A DNA stretch of 43,962 nucleotides from Gaiellales bacterium (GCA_049433345.1 JBMTER010000001.1:1-43962); one strand, 5' to 3'; positions 22,672-31,048 are shown, counted from the first letter of the stretch. The notes: generated by a model from the letters alone, not told the origin. Numbers and translations are program-made.

Positions 22672-23507
22672 CGCGGGCCTCGCAGCATCCGTGCCGAGGC
22701 TGCGCCGGCGCCGATCACGGCCGCGGCTCCAGCGAGCGCGGGGAGCGTGGCGATGGGATCGGCCTGCGGGTAGATCGCGTAGGGGAGCGTCCCGACGGCG
22801 AGCGCGATGGCGAGAAGGATCAGCCCGACGCCGACGAGCAGGGCGACCCGGACGGCGCGCGGTGCCGGATCCTCCGGCAGCTCGGTGAACGCGCCACCAC
22901 CGTAGCCGCGAGCCGCCATCGCCTCGGCGATGCCGACACCGCGGTCGAGGCTCGACGCGACGAGGGGCTCGACGAGGGCGGCCGCCTGCCGGGCCCGCGC
23001 GCGCCGTCCCGACTCCGCCCCGGTGCCGCGCAGGACGAGGGCCTCGCGAAGATCGGCTGCGTCGCGACGCAGCGCGGGTACGAGGCGGGCGGAGAGTGCC
23101 ACCGTCAGGGCCGAACGCGGCGCGATCCGCGCGACCAGCCCCTGCAGCCGGTCCGGATCGGCGAGGGCCAGGAACGCGGACGTCGCGATGATCGCCGTCG
23201 CGAGGCGCATGCCGCTGACGGCGCCCCACAGGAGCTCCTCCGCGGTGACCTCGAAGTCGACCAGCGAGAAGCCGGGACCCGACAGCAGCACGCGGTCGCC
23301 GGCGACGGCGAGGAACGGATTGAGCACCAGCAGCAGGAGGCCGGAGGTCGCCGCGAGACGCAGCATCAGACCATGGTCCACCGGTGCCGATCGGTAGAGC
23401 AGCACCGATGCGACGAGGGCAGCCGCCACCAGGGCCGGCTGGTCCGTGGCCAGCGATACGCCGATCAGCCCGGCGCAGACCACGAGGGGCGCACGCGGAT
23501 CGTTCAC
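22668..23507 (-). CDS. ECF transporter T component (CbiQ/EcfT family)
   Basis: 279-aa ORF with a GTG start overlapping the upstream stop (GTGA). It is a polytopic membrane protein. A central Arg-rich coupling-helix-like region (ALSARLVPALRRDAADLREALVLRG) is typical of CbiQ/EcfT. It lies adjacent to the ECF ATPase. Confidence 0.8.
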   Translation of the reverse strand: MNDPRAPLVVCAGLIGVSLATDQPALVAAALVASVLLYRSAPVDHGLMLRLAATSGLLLLVLNPFLAVAGDRVLLSGPGFSLVDFEVTAEELLWGAVSGMRLATAIIATSAFLALADPDRLQGLVARIAPRSALTVALSARLVPALRRDAADLREALVLRGTGAESGRRARARQAAALVEPLVASSLDRGVGIAEAMAARGYGGGAFTELPEDPAPRAVRVALLVGVGLILLAIALAVGTLPYAIYPQADPIATLPALAGAAAVIGAGAASARMLRGPR

Positions 23508-24406
23508 AGGGTCAGTCCCTGCCCGCCGCTGCAGGCGATCAGGCCCTCCTCGTCCAGGCAGATCGCGAAGTGCCGCGGCGGTAGCCGCGGGTTCGCGGCG
23601 AGCGCGGCCGCCGCCGCGGCCGCATCGGCCTCGCTCCGGCCCGCGATCACCACCACGGGCGCGCCGCTCGCCGTGAAGTCCTCAGTCGTGGCCACCACCA
23701 CGGCACGCGCCTTCGGAACGGGAACGGCGGCTCCGGCGGCGGCATCCCAGACGACGATCCGATCATCGTCGAACCAGGCGGTCAGGCCGGCGCGCTGCGG
23801 GTCCCGCAGCGCGGCACGCCACGTCGGATCGCGCTCGGCCAGCGAGGAGCTCGCTCCGCTGATCGCCCTCGGGCCGCTCGTCGCAGCGGGGGTCACGGCC
23901 TCCACGCCGGCTGCCGCGAGGGCGGTGGCGGCGGCGGGATCGGCGGTCACGTCCGCCACCTTCGCGCGCAGGCCCCGAGACAGGGGCGCCGGCCACTGCC
24001 CGATGATCGCCGGCACGTGGATGCGACCGGCCCAGCGGTGGAGATCCCACCAGACCGCATGCTCCGGGCCGACCTCGACCTCGGACGCGCCCACGTCCGC
24101 CTCGATCCCGTTGACCCAGAACAGCCACTCGCGGTCGCCGTCGCCGGCCTCGCCGTCGATCGCGCTGACGTAGCGACCGCCGTAGGTGGTCTCAACGGGG
24201 ACGACGGCCTCGGTGACGGACAGGACGGAGCCGGCGGGACCGCGACCCTCCGCGACCTTCGTGCGGCCCCAGTCGGCGGTGACGATCACGAAGGTCCCGG
24301 AGTCGACCGGCGCAGCGGCCGACTCCGGGGTTCCCTCTGTCTTCGACGTCCCGCATGCGGCCAGCACGAGGACGGCGACGAGCGCGCATGCGAGACGCGG
24401 GTTCAT
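23504..24406 (-). CDS. lipoprotein with DUF4430 (transcobalamin-like C-terminal) domain plus an uncharacterised C-terminal half
   Basis: 300-aa ORF with signal peptide and lipobox LVLAAC. Its DUF4430-type segment is YGGRYVSAIDGEAGDGDREWLFWVNGIEADVGASEVEVGPEHAVWWD. Confidence 0.7.
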   Translation of the reverse strand: MNPRLACALVAVLVLAACGTSKTEGTPESAAAPVDSGTFVIVTADWGRTKVAEGRGPAGSVLSVTEAVVPVETTYGGRYVSAIDGEAGDGDREWLFWVNGIEADVGASEVEVGPEHAVWWDLHRWAGRIHVPAIIGQWPAPLSRGLRAKVADVTADPAAATALAAAGVEAVTPAATSGPRAISGASSSLAERDPTWRAALRDPQRAGLTAWFDDDRIVVWDAAAGAAVPVPKARAVVVATTEDFTASGAPVVVIAGRSEADAAAAAAALAANPRLPPRHFAICLDEEGLIACSGGQGLTL

Positions 24407-24424
24407 GGCCTCAGGACGCTCGGG

Positions 24425-25105
24425 CTACGAGCCCATCGGCGCGAGGACGGCCTGGGAGTCGATCGCGCCCTTCATGGTCGCGACCGCCACGTCCCAGTCG
24501 CTGCCCGGATCGAGGTCGACGCTGAGAACGCCCTTCGCGTCGGTCACGCCGAGCGACACCCCGTCGGCGATCACGGACGCGCCCTTCGCCGCCTTCCAGC
24601 CCTTGCCGGAGGAGGTGCGCACCGTGAACACCGTGGTCCCGGAGGCGGTTACGCGATGGCGCAGATCGAGTACCGACGGGCCCCTTCTCGCGTAATTGCC
24701 GTCGAGGACCCAGAGCGCCCGATCCGACCGCTTCAGGACGAGCGAGCCGGCACCGACCGAGGCGGCCCTGCCGTTGACCCAGAGCATCCACGCGCCTCTG
24801 GCGCCGACGCGGATGGTGCCGATCGACTTCACGTACGGGCCCAGTCCGGCGAATTCGCTGACGACCAGAGGCGTGCCGGCGAAGGAGGTCGCCGCGACCA
24901 GCTGGCCGAGGGCGGTCTTGCGCGGCAGCATCATCGCGGTGCGGGAGTCGTTCACGTACGACCTGGCGCTGCCGGACACCCATTCGCGGTTGCCGAGCAG
25001 GCCACCCTGCTCGGTGGTGACGCGGATCGTCGCGGCCTGCGCGACGGCGGGGATGACCATGGTCGCGAGGGCGACGATGGTCACGAGGATCGTCCTCGTG
25101 GACAT
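24425..25105 (-). CDS. secreted DUF4430 (transcobalamin-like C-terminal) domain protein, first gene of the B12-riboswitch operon
   Basis: ATG 25103-25105 is preceded by GAAGGAG. The 226-aa product is the C-terminal part of ORF 24425..25924. It has the signal peptide MSTRTILVTIVALATMVIPAVAQA. Its DUF4430-type segment is GPYVKSIGTIRVGARGAWMLWVNGRAASVGAGSLVLKRSDRALWVLD. Confidence 0.7.
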   Translation of the reverse strand: MSTRTILVTIVALATMVIPAVAQAATIRVTTEQGGLLGNREWVSGSARSYVNDSRTAMMLPRKTALGQLVAATSFAGTPLVVSEFAGLGPYVKSIGTIRVGARGAWMLWVNGRAASVGAGSLVLKRSDRALWVLDGNYARRGPSVLDLRHRVTASGTTVFTVRTSSGKGWKAAKGASVIADGVSLGVTDAKGVLSVDLDPGSDWDVAVATMKGAIDSQAVLAPMGS

Positions 25106-25144
25106 CTGGAACTCCTTCTCTCGAGGTCCCCGGGCCGTCTGGTC

Positions 25145-25340
25145 CGAGGGGAGGTGGGTGTTCTGACTCGGCGCGCGCTTCCTCGGCTTCCCGAGGCCCC
25201 CGGACCCTGCCTTCCCAGCTCCGAGGAGCCAGTGACCGGTGCGCTGCACCGCGAACGGGGGACGTGCCTTACAGCGGCGGGACCGTGCCGGACTCGCACC
25301 GGACTTCCCCTGCCTCCGAACGCGACGGTAGCACACGCGC
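25145..25340 (-). promoter_or_regulatory. cobalamin (B12) riboswitch
   Basis: The minus-strand RNA reads GGAGGCAGGGGAAGUCCGGUGCGAGUCCGGCACGGUCCCGCCGCUGUAAGG ... GGUCACUGG ... CUGGGAAGGC ... GAGUCAGAACACCCACC. All conserved blocks of the cobalamin aptamer are present in the right order. These include the B12 box (plus-strand ttctgact at 25161-25168). It lies directly upstream of the 25105 start. Confidence 0.88.
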
Positions 25341-25364
25341 CGAGGCCTCCGCCATACTCGCGGA

Positions 25365-26873
25365 ATGCCCGAGCGCCTTCCCCGGCCCCGCATCGAGGGG
25401 CAGCACCTCGCCGTCTCGTGCGGCCACCCGCTCGCCGTCCAGGCCGGACTGCGCGTGGGTGCTGCCGGGGGCAACGCGATCGACGCGGCGGCGGCCGCGG
25501 CAGCCGCGCTGACGGTGATCCTCCCGGACGCCTGCGGGCTCGGAGGCGACCTGCTCTGCATCGTGCGCCGGGCCGACGGCACCGTCACGGCGATCAACGG
25601 CGTCGGTCGCTCGCCCGCCGCCAGCCGGCACCCGCTGCCGGAGGATGGGGCACAGGTGGCGGCGGTGCCGGGCTTCGTCGCCGGCGTCTGCGACCTGATC
25701 GACGCTGGCGGTCGGCTGTCACGGGCCGAGGTGCTCGCGCCGGCCCTCGAGCTGGCGGAGCACGGCGTCGCCGTGACCCGGGACACCGCGGAGGCGCTGG
25801 TCGCCAGTGCGGACCGCCTGACGCGAGGCGGAGCCGACGACTCGCCATGGGTCGCAGCCCGCCCGCGGGGCGCCGGGGCGATCGTGCGCCTGCCGCAGAC
25901 CGCCGCGACGTTGCGGGCCGTCATCGACGGAGGAGCCGAGGCGTTCTACTCGGGCCCGATCGCCGAGGCGATCGTGGCCGCGGTGGCGCGGGAGGGCGGG
26001 GTCATGGCGCTCGCCGACCTCGCCGGCCACGAGAGCGTCATCCGCGACCCCGTCGCCGTCGACTACCGCGGTACGACGGTCCTCGCACAGCCGCCGTCGT
26101 CACAGGCGATGCTGCTCACGATGGCGCTGCGTCGGCTTGCGGTCGAGCCGCGGTCCGATGCCTCGGCGGCGGCCCAGCACCGAGCCATCGAGGCCATCGC
26201 GGGCGCGTTCGCCTATCGCGATCGGATCACCGAGGATGGCGCCGACCGCGGACTGATGGATCTCGCCGACACGATCGCGATCGGGCCGCGGGCGAGTCGC
26301 GCTGATCACGCCCAGGGCTACAACCACACGACGTCGGTGACGGCGGCGGACCGCGAGGGCAACGTCGTGTCGATGCTGATCAGCGTCTTCGACAGCTTCG
26401 GCTGCGCGACGTGGGTCCCGGAGGGCGGCTTCTTCCTCAACGACCGGCTGCTCTCGTTCTCGCGCGACCCCGCCTCCCCGAACGCGGCCGCCGGAGGCAA
26501 GCGCCCCGTGCACACGCTGTCGCCGGCGATGCTCGTCGCGGGCGATCGCATCGTGGGCATCTCGACGCCGAGCGCGGACGGGCAGGTGCAGGCGCTCCTG
26601 CAGGTCGTGCTCGCGCACCTCGACGAGGGGCTGGATCTCGGTGACGCCTGCGACCGGCCACGCTGGCGCGTGGTGGGCGATCGACTGCACGTCGAGCAGG
26701 ATGCCGAGCGGGAGCTCACGGATGCCCTCGCCGCCCTCGGCCACGCGGTCGTAGCGGCGGAGGTCGGGGATAGCCTCTTCGGCAGCGTCTGCGCGGCGGA
26801 GGCGGACCTCGGCTCCGGCCTCGTGTCCTGCTGGGCGGATCCGCGCCGCGAGTCGTGGGCGGGGGCCTGGTAG
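25365..26873 (+). CDS. ggt: gamma-glutamyltransferase family protein (Ntn hydrolase)
   Basis: 502-aa ORF with N-terminal GHPLAVQAGLRVGAAGGNAIDAA. The autoprocessing/nucleophile Thr context is GYNHTTSVTAADREGNVVSMLISV, followed by GFFLNDRL. No obvious signal peptide. Confidence 0.87.
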   Translation: MPERLPRPRIEGQHLAVSCGHPLAVQAGLRVGAAGGNAIDAAAAAAAALTVILPDACGLGGDLLCIVRRADGTVTAINGVGRSPAASRHPLPEDGAQVAAVPGFVAGVCDLIDAGGRLSRAEVLAPALELAEHGVAVTRDTAEALVASADRLTRGGADDSPWVAARPRGAGAIVRLPQTAATLRAVIDGGAEAFYSGPIAEAIVAAVAREGGVMALADLAGHESVIRDPVAVDYRGTTVLAQPPSSQAMLLTMALRRLAVEPRSDASAAAQHRAIEAIAGAFAYRDRITEDGADRGLMDLADTIAIGPRASRADHAQGYNHTTSVTAADREGNVVSMLISVFDSFGCATWVPEGGFFLNDRLLSFSRDPASPNAAAGGKRPVHTLSPAMLVAGDRIVGISTPSADGQVQALLQVVLAHLDEGLDLGDACDRPRWRVVGDRLHVEQDAERELTDALAALGHAVVAAEVGDSLFGSVCAAEADLGSGLVSCWADPRRESWAGAW

Positions 26874-26875
26874 CC

Positions 26876-26898
26876 CCGCGCGGACGACGGTCGCGCGG
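26876..26898. terminator. GC-rich hairpin between convergent ggt and helicase genes (possible bidirectional terminator)
   Basis: CCGCGCG (26876-26882) and CGCGCGG (26892-26898) form a 7-bp stem with a 9-nt loop. There is no U-tract, so this is only a weak call. Confidence 0.3.
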
Positions 26899-26904
26899 CC
26901 TCGC

Positions 26905-29163
26905 CTAGGAGGCGAGCTCGTCGAGCAGGGTGATCGCGCCCGCCTTGTCCAGCGGCTCGTTCAGCCAGGGGCACGAGAAGCTGTGGATGCAGCCGGGACA
27001 GCCGTCGTCGCAGGGGCAGTCGGCGGCGATCGACCGGGCCGTCGCGGCGATCTCGGCGAGGTCGCCGAAGGCGGCGCGGACGATCCCGGCGCCACCGGGG
27101 CGCGACTCGTGCAGCACGATCACGGGCGTTCCGGTGTCGGGGTGCTCATCGGCGGAGAGGCCGAGCAGGTCGCCGGTGTCGCACGGGACGCGCAGCGGCA
27201 GCGCTGCGGAGAGCAGGTGCTCGGCCGCGTGCAGCGCACCCAATCCGGGTTCCTCGTCCGACGGGGGACGTTGCAGCCAGAGCGCCGCCGTCCGGTACTC
27301 GCGCGCCGGCAGGTCGAGCGCGTGCTGGTCGATGACCGACAGGTCGTCGACGCGCCGACGCTGGTAGCCGATCACCTGCGATCGCACGTCGGCCGTGCCG
27401 AGGCAGGCCCGCCACGAGCCGAGCCAACCCTCCTGATCCGAGGTCCCGAGGGCGACGCTGCTGTGCGCGCGGGGTACGGTGAACCAGTCGCCGGAGAACG
27501 GCTCGACGACGGCCTCGCCGCGTGCGAGGTCGAGCTCGCGCACCACGTAGCGCTCGCCCTGGCTGAGGTGCACGGCGCCGGGGTGGACGGCGAGGGGCGC
27601 CCGCTCGTGCTCCACGTCGCCGAGCACGGTGCCCGTCGTGGCGTCGACGATCGCGACGACGCGGGCGTCGGCGCTGCGCAGGGAGACGCGCGACGCGGGA
27701 TCGTCGGGACCCGCCCAGATCAGGCCGGCGCGCGTCACGGCGAAGTCCTCGGGAGCCAGTTCGAGCACCGCCTCGGCGTCGTCGACGATGCTGACGCCGA
27801 GGATGCCGGCGTCGCGCTCCGACACGGCGGCCTCGGCGGCGGCGCAGGCGAGGTGGGCGAGACGGATGTCCGGGTTCGACGGGTCGAGCGCGACGCGCTC
27901 GACCGGGCGCTCCAGCAGGGCCGTCGGGTGGCGCGCGAACCACTGGTCGAGCGCGTCCTCGCCGAGCACGAGGACCCCGAGCCCGCGGCTGCGCCGGCCG
28001 GCTCGTCCCCACTGCTGGCGCAGGGCCGCGACCGAGCCGGGGAAGCCGACGATCACGGCGCAGTCGAGCTCGCCGATGTCGATGCCGAGCTCGAGGGCGC
28101 TCGTCGCGATCACGGCCCGCAGGTCACCGCTGGCGAGGCGCGCCTCGATCGCGCGGCGGGCCTCAGGGGGATAGCCCGCGCGGTACGGCTCGATCCGATC
28201 GGAGAGGGCGGGCGCCCGCCGACCCAGCTCATCGCGGACCCCGCGCAGGATCAGCTCGACCAGCTGTCGTCCCGGGGCGAAGCAGATCACCCGCTGCCCG
28301 TCGACCACGAGCTGGCTGACCAGGCCGACGGCCTCGTGGATCCTCGACGCGCGCCGGCCGCTGGCGGGGTCGAGCAGGGCGGGGTTCCAGAGGGCGATGT
28401 CGCGGCCCGGGGACGACGCCTCGTCCGCATCGACGACCTGCACGTCGCACCCGCTCAGCAGGCTGAACGCCTCGGCCGGGTTGGCGACCGTGGCCGAGGC
28501 GAGCAGGAGCTGCGGCGAGGCGCCGTAGATCGCGGCGAGGCGGCGCAGGCGTCGCAGCACGTGCGCCACGTGGGATCCGAACACGCCGCGGTAGACGTGT
28601 GCCTCGTCGACGATGATCGCGGCGAGCCCGGCCAGCCATTCGTCCCAGCGCTGGTGGTGCGGGCAGATGCCGAGGTGGACCATGTCGGGGTTCGACAGGA
28701 CGAAGTTGGCCTCAGCGCGAGCCCGTCGCCGCGTACCGGCATCCTGGTCGCCGTCGACCAGCGCGACCCGCAGGTCGCGGCCGAGGCCGAGAGCGGCCAG
28801 ACGCCGAGCCTGATCCTGCGCGAGGGCCTTCGTCGGCGACAGGTAGAGCGCGCGGGTGTGCGGCTCGCGCAGGAGCAGATCGAGGACGGGAATCGCGTAG
28901 GCCAGCGTCTTGCCGCTGGCGGTGCCCGACGCGATCCCGACGTGGTCGCCGCGCCGGGCCCGATCGATCGCCTCGGCCTGATGCGACCAGAGCCGCTCCA
29001 CGCCGCTCCGGGCGAGGGCGGCGACGAGACGCGGGTCGAGGCCGGATGGCAGCGGCAGGGATCGGCCGGGGCGGGCTGGTTCGTCGATACGGTGGACGAG
29101 GCGGCCGTCGTCGGGTCCGGCGCCGATCGCCAGGGCCGTGTCCCACGGACGCCGGTCGGTCAC
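26905..29163 (-). CDS. DEXH-box helicase with C-terminal DUF1998 zinc-binding domain (MrfA/YprA-like)
   Basis: GTG 29161-29163 overlaps the pheA stop (GTGA); the ORF track extends to 29304. Motifs: Walker A GTASGKTLAY and DEAH box IIVDEAHVYRG. The helicase C-domain has ATSALELGIDIG and QQWGRAGR. The C-terminal Cys cluster is CPCDDGCPGCIHSFSC. Confidence 0.87.
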   Translation of the reverse strand: MTDRRPWDTALAIGAGPDDGRLVHRIDEPARPGRSLPLPSGLDPRLVAALARSGVERLWSHQAEAIDRARRGDHVGIASGTASGKTLAYAIPVLDLLLREPHTRALYLSPTKALAQDQARRLAALGLGRDLRVALVDGDQDAGTRRRARAEANFVLSNPDMVHLGICPHHQRWDEWLAGLAAIIVDEAHVYRGVFGSHVAHVLRRLRRLAAIYGASPQLLLASATVANPAEAFSLLSGCDVQVVDADEASSPGRDIALWNPALLDPASGRRASRIHEAVGLVSQLVVDGQRVICFAPGRQLVELILRGVRDELGRRAPALSDRIEPYRAGYPPEARRAIEARLASGDLRAVIATSALELGIDIGELDCAVIVGFPGSVAALRQQWGRAGRRSRGLGVLVLGEDALDQWFARHPTALLERPVERVALDPSNPDIRLAHLACAAAEAAVSERDAGILGVSIVDDAEAVLELAPEDFAVTRAGLIWAGPDDPASRVSLRSADARVVAIVDATTGTVLGDVEHERAPLAVHPGAVHLSQGERYVVRELDLARGEAVVEPFSGDWFTVPRAHSSVALGTSDQEGWLGSWRACLGTADVRSQVIGYQRRRVDDLSVIDQHALDLPAREYRTAALWLQRPPSDEEPGLGALHAAEHLLSAALPLRVPCDTGDLLGLSADEHPDTGTPVIVLHESRPGGAGIVRAAFGDLAEIAATARSIAADCPCDDGCPGCIHSFSCPWLNEPLDKAGAITLLDELAS

Positions 29164-30008
29164 GGCTCGGTGGGGCGCTGCGCCGCCGGAAAGGACCCGA
29201 GCACGACGAGCAGCGCCGAGCGGCCGCGCACGTCGTCGAGCGCGCGAGTGACCTGCGGGTCGTCCCGGTGACCCTCGATGTCGATCAGGAACTGGTACCG
29301 CCACGGCTCGCCCGGGATCGGACGCGAGTGCAGGGAGACCATGTTGACCCCGTGGTAGCGGAACGGTTCAATCGCGTCGTGCAGCGCACCCGGCTGGTGC
29401 CCGGTCACGAGGCGCAGCGCCGTCTTCCACGACACCCCGGTGGCGATCGGGAGCCCCTCGCGGGCGATCGCCACGAACCGGGTCATGTTGTCCGGATGGT
29501 CGGAGATGTCGCTCTCGAGGATCTCGAGGCCGAAGCGTCGAGCGGCGGCCGGCGATGCGATGGCGGCCCATGCGGGATCGTTCTGCTCGGCCACGATCCG
29601 CGCCGCATCGGCCGTGGTCGGCGCCCCGATCTCCTCGTACGACCCGTTCAGGAAGGTCCGGCACTGGGCGAGGGCGACGGGATGCGAGTGGATGCGCTGT
29701 ACGCCGGCCGTCGTCGCCCCCGGCACGCCGCACAGGCAGTGCGGGATGTGGATGACGGTCTCGGCGACGATCGGCAGCGCGCCGTCGGCGATCAGGTCGC
29801 AGGTGTCGGCGACGATCCCGGCGAGGGTGTTCTCGATCGGGAGGACGCCGACGTCGACCGTTCCGGCGGCGACGGCGTCACGCACGTCGGCGAAGCTGCC
29901 GGTCGACACCGCGTCGACGTCGGGGTACAGCCGCTCCGCGGCTTCGGAGGTGTACGACCCGGCGCTGCCGGGGTAGGCGACGGTGCGTGGTGCGGTGATG
30001 TTCGTCAT
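29160..30008 (-). CDS. pheA: prephenate dehydratase (PDT + ACT domains)
   Basis: I prefer ATG 30006-30008 (MTNITAPRTVAYPGSAGSYT); the ORF track start at 30038 is the alternative. It has the PDT signature NMTRFVAI and the ACT region GALHDAIEPFRYHGVNMVSLHSRPI...WRYQFLIDIEGH. Confidence 0.87.
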   Translation of the reverse strand: MTNITAPRTVAYPGSAGSYTSEAAERLYPDVDAVSTGSFADVRDAVAAGTVDVGVLPIENTLAGIVADTCDLIADGALPIVAETVIHIPHCLCGVPGATTAGVQRIHSHPVALAQCRTFLNGSYEEIGAPTTADAARIVAEQNDPAWAAIASPAAARRFGLEILESDISDHPDNMTRFVAIAREGLPIATGVSWKTALRLVTGHQPGALHDAIEPFRYHGVNMVSLHSRPIPGEPWRYQFLIDIEGHRDDPQVTRALDDVRGRSALLVVLGSFPAAQRPTEP

Positions 30009-30070
30009 GGCGTCCTGCGGGCCGCGGCAGGGTACCATCGGCCTTGGGCAGTGGACGACGGGACAGACTG

Positions 30071-31045
30071 ATGGAGGTTGGCGGCGGATGGGGCGAGGGC
30101 ACGGCGCATCCCGATGAGGATGCGCTGATCGCGCATCTCGCGACCCTCGTCGACGGCGCGGCCCCCGGGGTGCTGCGCGGGATCGGGGACGATGCCGCCC
30201 TGATCGCCCCCGACCTCGTCTGGACCGTCGACACGCAGGTCGAGGGCTCGCATTTCACCCGCGACTGGTCATCGCCCGCGGATGTGGGCTGGAAGGCGCT
30301 GGCGGTCAACCTCTCGGATCTCGCGGCGATGGGCGCGGAGCCCGTCGCGGCGCTGGTGTCGGCGATCGTCCCGGCGGGGGGCGCTGCCGACCTCGAGCCG
30401 ATCTACGCGGGCCTCGGCGCATGCTCCCGCACGTACGGATGCGCCGTCGTGGGCGGCGACGTCGCCTCCGGGCCCGCGTTGGCTCTCTCCGTCGGCGTCC
30501 TTGGCCGCGCGAGGGTGCCGCCGCCGGGTCGCGACGGCGCCCGCCGCGGGGATGTGATCGCGGTGACGGGATCACTCGGCGAGTCCGCTGCGGGTCTCGC
30601 CGCCGTACGCGAGCCGTCGCTTGCGGACATCGACGGCGTCGCGGCCTGCGTGGAGCGCCTGCGCCGACCCCACCCGCGGCTCGCCGAGGGCGCCGTGCTC
30701 GCCCGGTTCGCGCACGCGATGATGGACGTGTCCGACGGCCTCGCCCGCGACCTGCCGCGGATCGCGCGTCGCAGCGGCGTGGCCATCGAGGCCGATCTCG
30801 ATGCCCTCCCCGTTCATCCGGCGGGGCGTGCCGGCGCCGGGCGGCTGGAGGCCGCGCCGGGCGCCTTCGCCGCCGTGGGCGGCGAGGACTACGAGCTGCT
30901 CGTCGCGATCGATCCGGCGGACGCCGATCGCTGCGGCGTGCCGCTGACGGTGATCGGCGAGGTCGCCGCCGGTGCACCCGGCCTCAGGTGGCGTGGTGCC
31001 GGGTCGGCGGGCGGCCTGTCCGGCTGGGACCACCTCGCCCGCTGA
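30071..31045 (+). CDS. thiL: thiamine-monophosphate kinase
   Basis: ATG 30071 lies within ORF 30044..31045. It has AIR-synthase-like fold motifs GIGDDAALI, VDTQVEGSHF, WKALAVNLSDLAAMGA, VVGGDV, and DVSDGLARDL with GGEDYELL. Confidence 0.84.
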   Translation: MEVGGGWGEGTAHPDEDALIAHLATLVDGAAPGVLRGIGDDAALIAPDLVWTVDTQVEGSHFTRDWSSPADVGWKALAVNLSDLAAMGAEPVAALVSAIVPAGGAADLEPIYAGLGACSRTYGCAVVGGDVASGPALALSVGVLGRARVPPPGRDGARRGDVIAVTGSLGESAAGLAAVREPSLADIDGVAACVERLRRPHPRLAEGAVLARFAHAMMDVSDGLARDLPRIARRSGVAIEADLDALPVHPAGRAGAGRLEAAPGAFAAVGGEDYELLVAIDPADADRCGVPLTVIGEVAAGAPGLRWRGAGSAGGLSGWDHLAR

Positions 31046-31048
31046 GGC

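Noticed and set aside
20642-23507. Interpreting the ECF module as a CbiMNQO cobalt transporter
   Set aside because: This is not excluded, but I judge it less likely. The S-like protein lacks the N-terminal MHIxDG-type metal-binding start of CbiM, and no CbiN-like small protein is present. The operon is also loaded with DUF4430 domains linked to corrinoid-binding folds. It is kept as the alternative hypothesis in the finding.
24017-26305. 762-aa plus-strand ORF crossing the DUF4430 genes, the riboswitch and the ggt 5' half
   Set aside because: It crosses a structured RNA element and two oppositely oriented real genes. Its composition is Arg/Gly/Pro-rich, and ggt is in a different frame.
26905-29163. 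Helicase + DUF1998 as part of a DISARM-like or other anti-phage defence system
   Set aside because: In DISARM the helicase and DUF1998 are accompanied by methyltransferase and PLD-nuclease genes. Here the two domains are fused in one ~750-aa MrfA/YprA-like protein flanked by pheA and ggt. There are no methylase, nuclease or mobile-element neighbours.
26983-29271. 762-aa plus-strand ORF opposite the helicase, and the similar long ORFs 37391..39958 (-) and 39958..41958 (-)
   Set aside because: All are antisense shadows of genes with strong motifs (DEAH helicase; VanW and histidine kinase; LytTR regulator and OCD). Their products are Arg/Asp/Gly-rich with no domains.
30009-30070. Possible TPP riboswitch or other leader upstream of thiL
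   Set aside because: The divergent pheA-thiL spacer is only ~60 bp. It lacks the CUGAGA/ACCUGA TPP-box elements.
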